Below are positions 8,110-17,026 of a stretch of 49,440 nucleotides of DNA, piece after piece. A program made the translations under genes and the position numbers. This DNA comes from an uncultured Flavobacteriaceae bacterium. Its GTDB lineage: Bacteria > Bacteroidota > Bacteroidia > Flavobacteriales > Flavobacteriaceae. The notes under the pieces were generated by a model. It saw only the letters and a list, made by a program, of their open reading frames with translations, had not been told where the DNA came from and searched no databases. Within the stretch, counting starts at the first letter, position 1; each line of letters opens with the position of its first letter. The stretch spans positions 1 through 49,440 of the forward strand of contig CAYLZB010000001.1 of NCBI GenBank assembly GCA_964388165.1, written 5' to 3'.

Positions 8110-9375
8110 CTATGACCAGTTATCTTGGGATCCCCGGTAATCTTTTCCTGAGTTTGACCAGAAATTTGCCATTGCCTGCCAGGATAATTGTCCATTATCC
8201 ATCAGGTTTTCCCGCAGCTTATTCAGCTGTTTCTTATCTGCCGAAGGGTTTGCTACAGCCATAGCTTCTAACATAATGCCGCATAGGTCTTCCTGCCAGT
8301 CCGTGGGACTTTTCCGTTCTTTATACTGCCGAATTGGTGCTTGAAAAGCATCCATTTCCACTTTATTTGATTCAATGCGTGATATTGTTTTCTTCGCAGT
8401 GTCAGGCTCAAAATCTATGACTACGGACGTCTCCTCAAAATCTTCAAAGGTTTGAAGAAGGTAATTCTCCGGCCAGCGCAGTTGCACCACTCCCTCCAAG
8501 GGGCGGTAAACAGCTGTATATAATGTTCCGAAACTATCGGCAAATTTAGAATTATATAGTGGCGACTCAAGAAAACTGTTTGCCAGTTTCTCTGCATCTA
8601 TGCCTTTCTCTGCTAATTTGTTCTTTAGAAATTTAGAACGTCCCACGGTATTGTTGAAAGCAGCATTTTCAGGCCAATCAACCTTTCCCTGGTGATTAGT
8701 GACAAAGGCAGCATCTGTAACTACGGGTTCGCGATCTGGTGCAAGCCTTACTGTTTTAAAAACTCCGGTTTTATCAACCACGGTAACATTGTAAGACATA
8801 TGAGACGGAATACGCGTCAAAGCTTTGACAGCCTCTTCTACGTTACTACAGAATTCCAGCACATACCTAAGGATCATCGGAATTCCAAAACCGGTTCCTA
8901 CCTCTTTTCGACCTCCAAAAGTGAGGGAAATGGCCAACCCGTCTTCATTCATTCCGTCCAAGACTCCAATAAGGCAATCACTGGTAGCGATCACTTTCTT
9001 CCCGTTCCAGGATGTCATTAATTGTGTCCCTTCCGAAAGATCAGGATGATAATCATAATTACGTACCAGTTGAACTTCGTCTCCGGTGATAACAGCCTGA
9101 GAACAACCACTGATGTAGGCCGGTGGTTGGAATCCGGTTAAAAATCTTGCGGCAACTGGATCTGCTCCTGCCAGTTTGCAAAGCCGTTTGTATGTCGGCC
9201 ACATTTCCGGCATATATTTTTTTAGTGCGGCCTGAGATGTTTTCAGGTCTGGAGAATGAGCTTTTCCATTAGAATTGTACCAGGCTTTATACGCCGGCCA
9301 ATGAGTATTATATAATTTCTGCCATTTCTGTCCCGGCTCCCCGGGTTCAGCAATAGCCTGAAAATGTAATTTCAT
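8110..9375 (-). CDS. C45 family (AAT-like) autoproteolytic Ntn-hydrolase/acyltransferase
   Basis: G-C91-S site ('YISGCSQAV'), 'LVRNYDY', 'LDGMNEDGLAI', 'VTNHQ'. Confidence 0.88.
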   Translation of the reverse strand: MKLHFQAIAEPGEPGQKWQKLYNTHWPAYKAWYNSNGKAHSPDLKTSQAALKKYMPEMWPTYKRLCKLAGADPVAARFLTGFQPPAYISGCSQAVITGDEVQLVRNYDYHPDLSEGTQLMTSWNGKKVIATSDCLIGVLDGMNEDGLAISLTFGGRKEVGTGFGIPMILRYVLEFCSNVEEAVKALTRIPSHMSYNVTVVDKTGVFKTVRLAPDREPVVTDAAFVTNHQGKVDWPENAAFNNTVGRSKFLKNKLAEKGIDAEKLANSFLESPLYNSKFADSFGTLYTAVYRPLEGVVQLRWPENYLLQTFEDFEETSVVIDFEPDTAKKTISRIESNKVEMDAFQAPIRQYKERKSPTDWQEDLCGIMLEAMAVANPSADKKQLNKLRENLMDNGQLSWQAMANFWSNSGKDYRGSQDNWS

Positions 9376-9445
9376 AGTATCCTTTTATAGCAATTTTTTT
9401 CATTCAGTAAAGTAGTCTGAATTTTTCAGTCTCTACTGTTAAAGT

Positions 9446-11179
9446 TTATTTGGTCAAAGTGCCGCTCAGGTTCGGTTTCTTTTTATCCTCCACCATCTCC
9501 GATTTGAACTGAGAACGAATGGCTTTTATCCAGTGCTTCGCCCTGTGGTTTAGTTTAAAATCATCTGTCATCATACGACCTCTGGTAACGAGAATTCCCA
9601 TATCGGCTCCCTCATAGAGATAATCACCTTTTTTTATAATTCTGAGAAAGAAGGCTTCATTTTCATTTTCTACAGCCCTTCTATGGGTATCCATCCTGTC
9701 AAACTGTATATGTCCAGTATCATACATTCTCCAGATCCCCGATTTTGGAGATTCGGTGACATATTCCACAGTATCTTCGGTATGTTTGACAATAAGCTGA
9801 CTCCATCCGTCGATGTTGTTTTGATTGGACCATCGCTTATTTAGGGCATCTACATCCAATTCATACTCTACCCCCATCCATTCAAGGATGTGGAATACGA
9901 AGAGAGGAGCATCTGCAAGGGCAAATACAGCATGATTGGTGATCGAGCTTGCACCGGTTACCCTCGGATTCAATTCTCCCAGATAAATTTCTCCATTATC
10001 CTGGTCGATAAGGAAATCCAGTTCAAAGTAGCCTTTATAGCCCTCCTTGCGCAACTGGTTTCCGAAAAGCTGAGTATATTCTATTGCCTTCTCCCTTAAT
10101 TCGGGTGTAAAGGCGTTAGGATAGATCTCGTTACCGCACCAACCACCTTTATAAGGCGTAAGTTCTTCGAAACCTACCAGCTCTGTCATTAATGGTGCAA
10201 CTATAGTTCCATGTCTCGTAACACATGCCTCAATAGCAGAACCCCTGCAACGGATCCTTTTCATGACCTTCACTTCATCTTCTTCCATTATCTCCCGCCC
10301 GTGTTTATCAAATTCTTCTTCGTTTGAAATAAAGAAGGTGGTATGGCCGGAATCCCCGAAAGGAGTCTGAATTACAAGTTCACTCCCCAGATCTTTGGCG
10401 ATTTCGGTTAGATGTTCATAATCCTTTACCTGGGAAAGCACATAAGGAACGCAGGCCACACCGGCTTTTTCAGCAATCCGGTTGGTATTTACCTTGTTGT
10501 CAAGGAAGGTTCGCATTTCGGCTGATGGAAACATAATCTCCAGTCCCAACTTTTCGGCCAGCTCCTCGGTCTTTTCATTAAACATGAGAAACATCGCTTT
10601 TCCTGTTCTTCCGTCAACAGATCTTGTTTTCAGGTAATCCTGCACCTCCGGATGCTGCAACAAGTAGTTGTTTATATCTTCGATCCCTTCAAAATCATCA
10701 TGCGGAATCTCTTGTTTGGGTGAAAAAACGTTAGGGTGCAGTCCATCGAAGCATTCGATATAGCAGATAAACTTGAAGCCCTTGATCCATTCATCGGCTC
10801 CAAGAAGATTAAAGTTCGTGGCACTGATAAAATATAAAGGCTCTTCATTAGTATGAAACCATCTTCTTATATCTGAAACTCCACTTAATCTATCTTTGGA
10901 CCCCTCCTGGTTCTGTTCCCGTACCGGAACCGGGGAACCGGAGCTTTCGGAATGTTCTGCTTTTAATTCGGCAGAAGTGGCTTTTCTTCCTTTTTCAGCA
11001 TTACTTCGAATGGGGGCAGATTTTTTAGCTTTCGGTGAGCTCGGTTTTTTCTTAGCTTTCACACTCCCTGCCTCGCTTCGAACCGGCTTTTCTTTACTCT
11101 GCTTCCTGTCAGATCCTGCCGGACCTGCCTTTTTAGCCGGGTCTTTTTTCGTATCGGTACTATTTGTTTTTTTAGACAT
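9446..11179 (-). CDS. ATP-grasp fold ligase (biotin-carboxylase-like, substrate unknown) with a basic disordered N-terminus
   Basis: 'LDNKVNT', 'VIQTPFGDSGHTT', 'GYFELDFL', 'YLGELNPRVTG' ATP-grasp motifs. Confidence 0.85.
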   Translation of the reverse strand: MSKKTNSTDTKKDPAKKAGPAGSDRKQSKEKPVRSEAGSVKAKKKPSSPKAKKSAPIRSNAEKGRKATSAELKAEHSESSGSPVPVREQNQEGSKDRLSGVSDIRRWFHTNEEPLYFISATNFNLLGADEWIKGFKFICYIECFDGLHPNVFSPKQEIPHDDFEGIEDINNYLLQHPEVQDYLKTRSVDGRTGKAMFLMFNEKTEELAEKLGLEIMFPSAEMRTFLDNKVNTNRIAEKAGVACVPYVLSQVKDYEHLTEIAKDLGSELVIQTPFGDSGHTTFFISNEEEFDKHGREIMEEDEVKVMKRIRCRGSAIEACVTRHGTIVAPLMTELVGFEELTPYKGGWCGNEIYPNAFTPELREKAIEYTQLFGNQLRKEGYKGYFELDFLIDQDNGEIYLGELNPRVTGASSITNHAVFALADAPLFVFHILEWMGVEYELDVDALNKRWSNQNNIDGWSQLIVKHTEDTVEYVTESPKSGIWRMYDTGHIQFDRMDTHRRAVENENEAFFLRIIKKGDYLYEGADMGILVTRGRMMTDDFKLNHRAKHWIKAIRSQFKSEMVEDKKKPNLSGTLTK

Positions 11180-11195
11180 AGTTGTGGTGTTAGGA

Positions 11196-13943
11196 TTAGT
11201 TAATAACTTTTTTGTTCACTTTGTTTGCCATTCCGCCTATGGAAGACACTGTCTTTTGCCGGTTCAGCACGCTTTCTTTAAATATCCGCAGCCCCAGGTC
11301 ACCTCTGTATCCGTGTATCTCACTAACGTCCAATGCCCTTAAAAAACGAATGATCTCTTCACTCACTACCTGCCCGGGGACCAGCACAGGAAAGCCGGGA
11401 GGATAAGGAATAATAAAAGAGGATGCCACTAAGGTCCTGCCCTGTTCCATGGTAGGTAAGCACTCCTCCAGGGGTATGTATTCGTAGTTATCTTCATTGT
11501 AAGCTAAGAAAAAAGCCTCACGAATATTCCCGCCGGGAACTCCCGGTACCGCCTGGAATGAATGGTGGAAATAACTAAAATCCGGTAAGGGTGGAAAAAA
11601 TCTGGTTAGAGATTCTATCTTGTCCTGACGGATCTTATTTTCCTTCGCGCTTAACGATCGGAATTCCTGGTCAAGTTCATCAGCTATCTTTAACAGCGCA
11701 TTCGTTAAATAGGTAACACTACCCCTGGTGGTGCCTATGTTGGTCATGAATAGGACGGAATTTCTTGAAGTCTTGTTGATCTGGATGTTGAACTTATCCA
11801 TAAGGTATCTATTCTTAAAGGTGTCCCCGTCTACTCCTGTCCGGCCAATGTGCAGTGTTATCTTTGTGGGGTCCAGTACAAATTCATCTTTCTCCCAGGC
11901 AGTTTCCATTCTATTCCAGCCTTCTTTTTTACTGTAATACTCAGATAAACCCGATTCCCGGTGTTTCTTCGGAATAAAATCACTTACCGTGAGTACATCA
12001 AAGTATTTATTCAATCGTGGATGATCATTGATCTTAGCTCGCAGGACCATTGCCATTTCTATACTTTTCTCCACAAGTTCATAGCCTTCGAACTGCACCT
12101 GTCTCCTGCCGGCATCCAGGGAAGCAAGCATTTGATAATTAGGGGAAGTCGAAGTGTGGGTCATATATGCTTCCATGAAGGTATTTTCACTTTTTCTGCG
12201 GAAATCTTCATCCCAGATATGGATCATTGAGCCCTGTCTAAAGCTACTGAGGGTTTTATGCGTACTCTGTGTGGAGTACACCCTGATCTTTACCTTATCG
12301 GGATCAGGAAGGTTGGGAACTTCATCTTTTTTGAGCCCTTTAATGTGCTCCTCATATTCTTGTCTATAGCTCCTGCTTCTATATTTACTATATAGTTTTT
12401 GAGCTACAAACATGCCGGTTCGTTGTTTATAATTATAAGTGAAACCTGCAAAAGCGAACCAGGCTTCATCCCACAGGAAGATCATATCGGGTTTGATCGC
12501 CAATACCTCCTGCATTACCTTTTCTACATTATAGACCAGCCCATCAAAGGTGCAATTGGTCAATAATAGCATCTTTACCAGGTCAAGTCTTCCTGCTTCT
12601 TTTAGCTTGAGTAACTTCTCTTTAATCTGCTGCAATGGCACCGCCCCATACATGGAATATTCCTCTATTGGGTACGAATCAAGATACACTGGATAGGCTC
12701 CCGACAGTACCAGCCCATAATGATGGGATTTATGACAGTCTCGGTCGATAAGAATAACATCCCCGGGCTTTACCAGTGCCTGTACCACTATTTTATTGGC
12801 TGTAGAGGTACCATTGGTGACAAAAAAGGTCTTTTTAGAACCATAGGCATCACTGGCCATTTTCTGCGCCTTTTTTAAAGATCCCGTAGGCTGCAAAAGA
12901 GAATCCATACCGCCGGTTGTGGAAGAAGTTTCTGCCAGGAACATGTTCCTTCCATAGAAATTTCCGAAGTCATTGATCCATCTCGATTTAAAGACTGAAT
13001 TCCCCCTGGATATCGGCATGGCGTGAAATATTCCAGTGGGTTTCTTACTGTATTCTTTTACTGCGGAAAAGAAAGGAGTTTCATATCTCTCACTAATTCC
13101 TCTCAAAATAGTAAGGTGCAGCTCCTGAAGGTCCTCTGCTCTATAAAAGATCCGCCTGAAACTTTTTAGAGTGGTATCTTTAAGATTGCTAAGAGAGGTA
13201 TCCGTCACATAATAAGAATCCAGTTCCGGTCTAAATTTGCGTATCAGATTTCCGAAAACCGGCCCAAGGTCTGTTTGGGGGATATCTGCAAGATCCAACT
13301 TGAGGACATTCTGAATAAAAGGTTTTATAAGAGAAGTTATCTTTTTTGATTGATAGGGGGGCGCATAACGTATTACTACTGCCTGTATGTTGTAGTTGAA
13401 CAACAATGCTATCATAGCATCCTGGAAGGAGCGCTGTACCACGATCTCGTAATTGAACTGGTCACTGGCAACCCGTAGATCTCTCAGGTCATGTCTTAGC
13501 CTGCTCTCTTCCTGTATAGAGATATCGTCCAGGAAGAGAACTTCAAAATAGTTCTTATTCATTCCACCGGGCAAGTCAGACCTGTCACTCAATTCACTTC
13601 CGGGTTCTTCCTCTTCCATGAAATCTGCACTCCCCCTATAGCTTTCGCTTACCAGGTGCTTTGTTATGTCTGCAATCTTATGAGCAAAAGCGGTATGCTC
13701 CTGTCGGCCAAGCATTTCCTTAAGGACTGTAAGACGATAAGAGCCGGGAAAAGCAAAATAGCTTTCCACTCCCTTTATTTCCTGAAGCAGTTTTTCCAGG
13801 TTTTGCTTATGGTCCTTTTCATCTGCAGAGCCCCTGTTGCTCGATTCCAGTTTGGTAGATTCAGATTTAAGCTTATTCCAAAACTCTACCCGAAGCTGAG
13901 CAATGTTATAATAATGCGAACTGGCAGTTTTTTTCCCTGGCAT
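11196..13943 (-). CDS. Large PLP-dependent amino-acid decarboxylase (Orn/Lys/Arg decarboxylase superfamily, fold type I)
   Basis: 'FFVTNGTSTAN', 'DRDCHKSHH', 'TNCTFDG', 'WDEAW', PLP lysine in 'STQSTHKTL', 'HTSTSPNY', 'LDPTKITL', 'PYPPGFPVLVPG'. Confidence 0.9.
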   Translation of the reverse strand: MPGKKTASSHYYNIAQLRVEFWNKLKSESTKLESSNRGSADEKDHKQNLEKLLQEIKGVESYFAFPGSYRLTVLKEMLGRQEHTAFAHKIADITKHLVSESYRGSADFMEEEEPGSELSDRSDLPGGMNKNYFEVLFLDDISIQEESRLRHDLRDLRVASDQFNYEIVVQRSFQDAMIALLFNYNIQAVVIRYAPPYQSKKITSLIKPFIQNVLKLDLADIPQTDLGPVFGNLIRKFRPELDSYYVTDTSLSNLKDTTLKSFRRIFYRAEDLQELHLTILRGISERYETPFFSAVKEYSKKPTGIFHAMPISRGNSVFKSRWINDFGNFYGRNMFLAETSSTTGGMDSLLQPTGSLKKAQKMASDAYGSKKTFFVTNGTSTANKIVVQALVKPGDVILIDRDCHKSHHYGLVLSGAYPVYLDSYPIEEYSMYGAVPLQQIKEKLLKLKEAGRLDLVKMLLLTNCTFDGLVYNVEKVMQEVLAIKPDMIFLWDEAWFAFAGFTYNYKQRTGMFVAQKLYSKYRSRSYRQEYEEHIKGLKKDEVPNLPDPDKVKIRVYSTQSTHKTLSSFRQGSMIHIWDEDFRRKSENTFMEAYMTHTSTSPNYQMLASLDAGRRQVQFEGYELVEKSIEMAMVLRAKINDHPRLNKYFDVLTVSDFIPKKHRESGLSEYYSKKEGWNRMETAWEKDEFVLDPTKITLHIGRTGVDGDTFKNRYLMDKFNIQINKTSRNSVLFMTNIGTTRGSVTYLTNALLKIADELDQEFRSLSAKENKIRQDKIESLTRFFPPLPDFSYFHHSFQAVPGVPGGNIREAFFLAYNEDNYEYIPLEECLPTMEQGRTLVASSFIIPYPPGFPVLVPGQVVSEEIIRFLRALDVSEIHGYRGDLGLRIFKESVLNRQKTVSSIGGMANKVNKKVIN

Positions 13944-13946
13944 AGT

Positions 13947-14354
13947 TTATTTTTTTGAGTGTAAGGCGAGTTTATTTCCTTCTGAATCAATGAAAATGGC
14001 GAAGTATCCCGATTCTTTGTTGATAAGGGTCTTAGGCATGATAATACGTCCCCCTGCTTTTTCAACTCTATTGAGAATAAGGCTTAGGTCCTTACCTCCA
14101 TTTAGGTACAACAATGGTCCTGTGTCGCTTGGAGTTGAACCAGGTCCGGCTACTATGGCTCCCCCAATCCCATCACTGGCAGGAAAAAAGGCCATTGCAT
14201 AGTTTCCATCAAAATTTTTCTCCATTTCAATTCTGAATATATAGTTGTAGAATTCCACAGCCTGTTGAAAATTCACTGCAGGGATCTCGAACCAGCTTAT
14301 ATAGTTCCTGAGAATTCCTTTGTCTTTCTTATTTCCTGATGTTACTCCACCCAT
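13947..14354 (-). CDS. VOC / glyoxalase-like family protein
   Basis: 'ISWFEIPA..AVEFY..IF', 'RVEKAGGRI', 'GYFAIFIDSEGNKLALH'. Confidence 0.88.
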   Translation of the reverse strand: MGGVTSGNKKDKGILRNYISWFEIPAVNFQQAVEFYNYIFRIEMEKNFDGNYAMAFFPASDGIGGAIVAGPGSTPSDTGPLLYLNGGKDLSLILNRVEKAGGRIIMPKTLINKESGYFAIFIDSEGNKLALHSKK

Positions 14355-14369
14355 TGTTCTTGTATTAGA

Positions 14370-15302
14370 TTACTTTCCAAAGCCTTTATATCCCGTAGGA
14401 TCTGAAGGTGGTTCATATTCATGCTCCTGCATTTTCAACTTTGCCAGGGTATCCAATTTGGTCGGCTTAATCAAGGGACCGAGGGAATTGAGATACGGGA
14501 GATGAGCTCCTTTCTGATAAATGGTGAAATCTCCCAGGTGATCACGAAAACTTTTTAAAGGTTGCCCCAACCTGAGCACTCCCAGTTCACGACTTCTGCT
14601 TACCCGATCGATATTCAGCTCCAGCGGAATTATCTCTTCTGTACCTTCTGCCTGATAAATTACCCGACCATCCGGTCCGCAAATGAGGGAACGTCCATTC
14701 CCTCCAGACTCAAGTCCGTTAACATCAAAAAAGTAACATTGATTTACGGCGGCCATGGCTCTTACAATAGAGAGTTCTATTTCCCGGTCGATCGTCCCCG
14801 TCATTGTGGGGTGAAGAATAACTTCAGCTCCCATCACTGCCAGCGTTCGGATTGTCTCTGGAAACCACATGTCGTAACAGATCGATACCCCGAATTTTGC
14901 CACACCCGGAACATCAAAAACACAATACTCCGATCCCGGCGTCACTCCTACTTCATAGGGGTAGAACGGAAACATTTTTCTGTAACGCGTCACGACCTCC
15001 CCATGTGGATTGATTACACTTGCTGTATTGTAGATCTTATCCCCGCTTTTTTCAAATACAGAACCCGGCAGTAACCATATCCCGTGTTTTTTGGCCATCG
15101 CCTGCATCTCCTGCTCAAATTCCCCTGGGAACTCCCTGGCAGTATGAGTAAGAGGGCCATAGCCACAAAGTTCACTGAATACGATCATTTCTACCCATGG
15201 GTAGAGACTCATTGTAATATCTATTTTCAGCTTCATCATTTCCACGTTGGAAGCGACGGCTGATACTTTCATTTGTATTCCCGCAATTGCAAATGGCTTC
15301 AT
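14370..15302 (-). CDS. Carbon-nitrogen hydrolase (nitrilase/amidase superfamily)
   Basis: Glu-Lys-Cys triad: 'VFSEL', 'YRKMFP', 'SICYDMWFPE'. Confidence 0.9.
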   Translation of the reverse strand: MKPFAIAGIQMKVSAVASNVEMMKLKIDITMSLYPWVEMIVFSELCGYGPLTHTAREFPGEFEQEMQAMAKKHGIWLLPGSVFEKSGDKIYNTASVINPHGEVVTRYRKMFPFYPYEVGVTPGSEYCVFDVPGVAKFGVSICYDMWFPETIRTLAVMGAEVILHPTMTGTIDREIELSIVRAMAAVNQCYFFDVNGLESGGNGRSLICGPDGRVIYQAEGTEEIIPLELNIDRVSRSRELGVLRLGQPLKSFRDHLGDFTIYQKGAHLPYLNSLGPLIKPTKLDTLAKLKMQEHEYEPPSDPTGYKGFGK

Positions 15303-15405
15303 CTTTATAATATTTTGTTGAGGCCTACCTTAAGGTAGACGTTGTATATTGTTCGGGAGGTGAGTTGCTAAAAAACAGATCTCCGATACTCTTCCCTATT
15401 TCCAA

Positions 15406-16713
15406 TCAGATATTTTGTCTGATCTGTTTTTCCAGTATATCCAGTCCTTTATTGAGCTGCTCATCGGTAATTACAAGAGGCGAGAGAATCCGGATAACAT
15501 TTTTAAAAGTACCGGCACTCAAAAGAATAAGACCTTCTGCCGAACATCCTTTCACTACACGGTCACATAGTTCGGTATGAGGTTTTCCCGGATCATTATC
15601 CATTACCAATTCGATCCCTATCATGGCACCAATTCCTCTTACATCTCCTATCTCGGGTAATTCCTGCTTCAGATTTTCCATGCGGTCTCTAATGATCTTT
15701 CCTACATGTAGCGCACGTTCATTAAGATTTTTGTCTTTCATGTACTGAATGGTAGCCGATGCGGCCACACAACATATAGGACTTCCTATATAGGTTCCTC
15801 CTATGGTTCCTGGTCCTGCGGCATCCATAATTTCTGCCCTTCCAACTACAGCGGCTATTGGTAAGCCAGATCCCAATGATTTCGCATAGGTGCTAATGTC
15901 TGGCTGGACATTGTAGTGTTGCCAGCTTGCCCAGTGACCGGTACGGCAAAATCCACTCTGGATCTCATCCATGATCAACAGGACCCCGTGTTCATCACAA
16001 AATGCACGTAATCCTTCAAGATAACGCCGGGGAACAGGATTAAATCCTCCTTCGCCCTGAATAGGTTCAATAATAATTGCCGCCACACTATTTACATCTA
16101 CCATACTGTGAGCACTTTCTTTAAGACGGGTCAATTCTGTATCTACAAATTCTTCCATATCACGGGAACCATGGTATTTATAGAAATTCGGGAAAGGGAT
16201 CCTGTATATTTCCGGTGCGAATGGTCCGGAAGAGAATTTGTAGTTCACTTTACTTGTAAGGCTCATGCCCAGCAAAGTGCGGCCGTGATAAGCTTCAGTA
16301 AAACAGAGAACAGCAGGTCTTTTGGTAGCCTGTCGTGCTATTTTTATAGCATTTTCGACAGCTTCTGCCCCGGTGCTTATCAGCATGACCTTTGTCTTGT
16401 CCCCGTGCGGTAGGATCTCAGCAAGTTCCTCACATAATTTAATGTAAGGCTCATAGGTCACTACATTAAAGCTTGTATGGAGATATTTCCCGGCCTGTTC
16501 ACGAATAGCCTCTACCACCGGCTCGGGACAGTGCCCCGCATTTACCACCCCAATTCCTCCTGCAAAATCAATTAATTCTTTGCCATCCACGTCTGTTATT
16601 ATGGCTCCTTTAGCCTCCTTTACCGTAGCAGTATTAAAAACACCTACGCCATTGGCCACTATATTTTTCCTCCTGTTAAGGAGTTCCTGAGATCGGGTCT
16701 GCTGTTCGGGCAT
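15406..16713 (-). CDS. gabT: 4-aminobutyrate--2-oxoglutarate transaminase (class III aminotransferase; GabT/DavT-like)
   Basis: 'IDFAGGIGVVNAGH', 'TGAEAVENAIKIARQAT', 'YHGRT', 'EPIQGEGGF', 'DEIQSGF', PLP lysine in 'YAKSLGSG'. Confidence 0.88.
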   Translation of the reverse strand: MPEQQTRSQELLNRRKNIVANGVGVFNTATVKEAKGAIITDVDGKELIDFAGGIGVVNAGHCPEPVVEAIREQAGKYLHTSFNVVTYEPYIKLCEELAEILPHGDKTKVMLISTGAEAVENAIKIARQATKRPAVLCFTEAYHGRTLLGMSLTSKVNYKFSSGPFAPEIYRIPFPNFYKYHGSRDMEEFVDTELTRLKESAHSMVDVNSVAAIIIEPIQGEGGFNPVPRRYLEGLRAFCDEHGVLLIMDEIQSGFCRTGHWASWQHYNVQPDISTYAKSLGSGLPIAAVVGRAEIMDAAGPGTIGGTYIGSPICCVAASATIQYMKDKNLNERALHVGKIIRDRMENLKQELPEIGDVRGIGAMIGIELVMDNDPGKPHTELCDRVVKGCSAEGLILLSAGTFKNVIRILSPLVITDEQLNKGLDILEKQIRQNI

Positions 16714-17026
16714 ATAATTATGAGTTGTTATTTGAAAATAAAACCACCTGCTTATAAGGATCGAATGATCTACTTAAAGGTTGAAGTGTCTGTTAATATA
16801 CAATAAGTTTTGATTTTTATATACTCTTTACAGTAAATAAATTAAAAACTTATATTACTAAGGTGAATTATATAACAATAATATATTTAAAAGCAATTTT
16901 TATTGCCGATATATTATAATACTGATTTTCAACAACTATTTGAAAGGAATATGAAAATTGGAAATGTGGTGGTTCGAAGATCTGATCCCCCACGTATCAT
17001 ACAGGAAAAATACAAAAGTAGAAGGA

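Noticed and set aside
10896-11342. 148-aa plus-strand hydrophobic ORF
   Set aside because: Antisense shadow of Lys-rich codons in the ATP-grasp leader and the decarboxylase tail.
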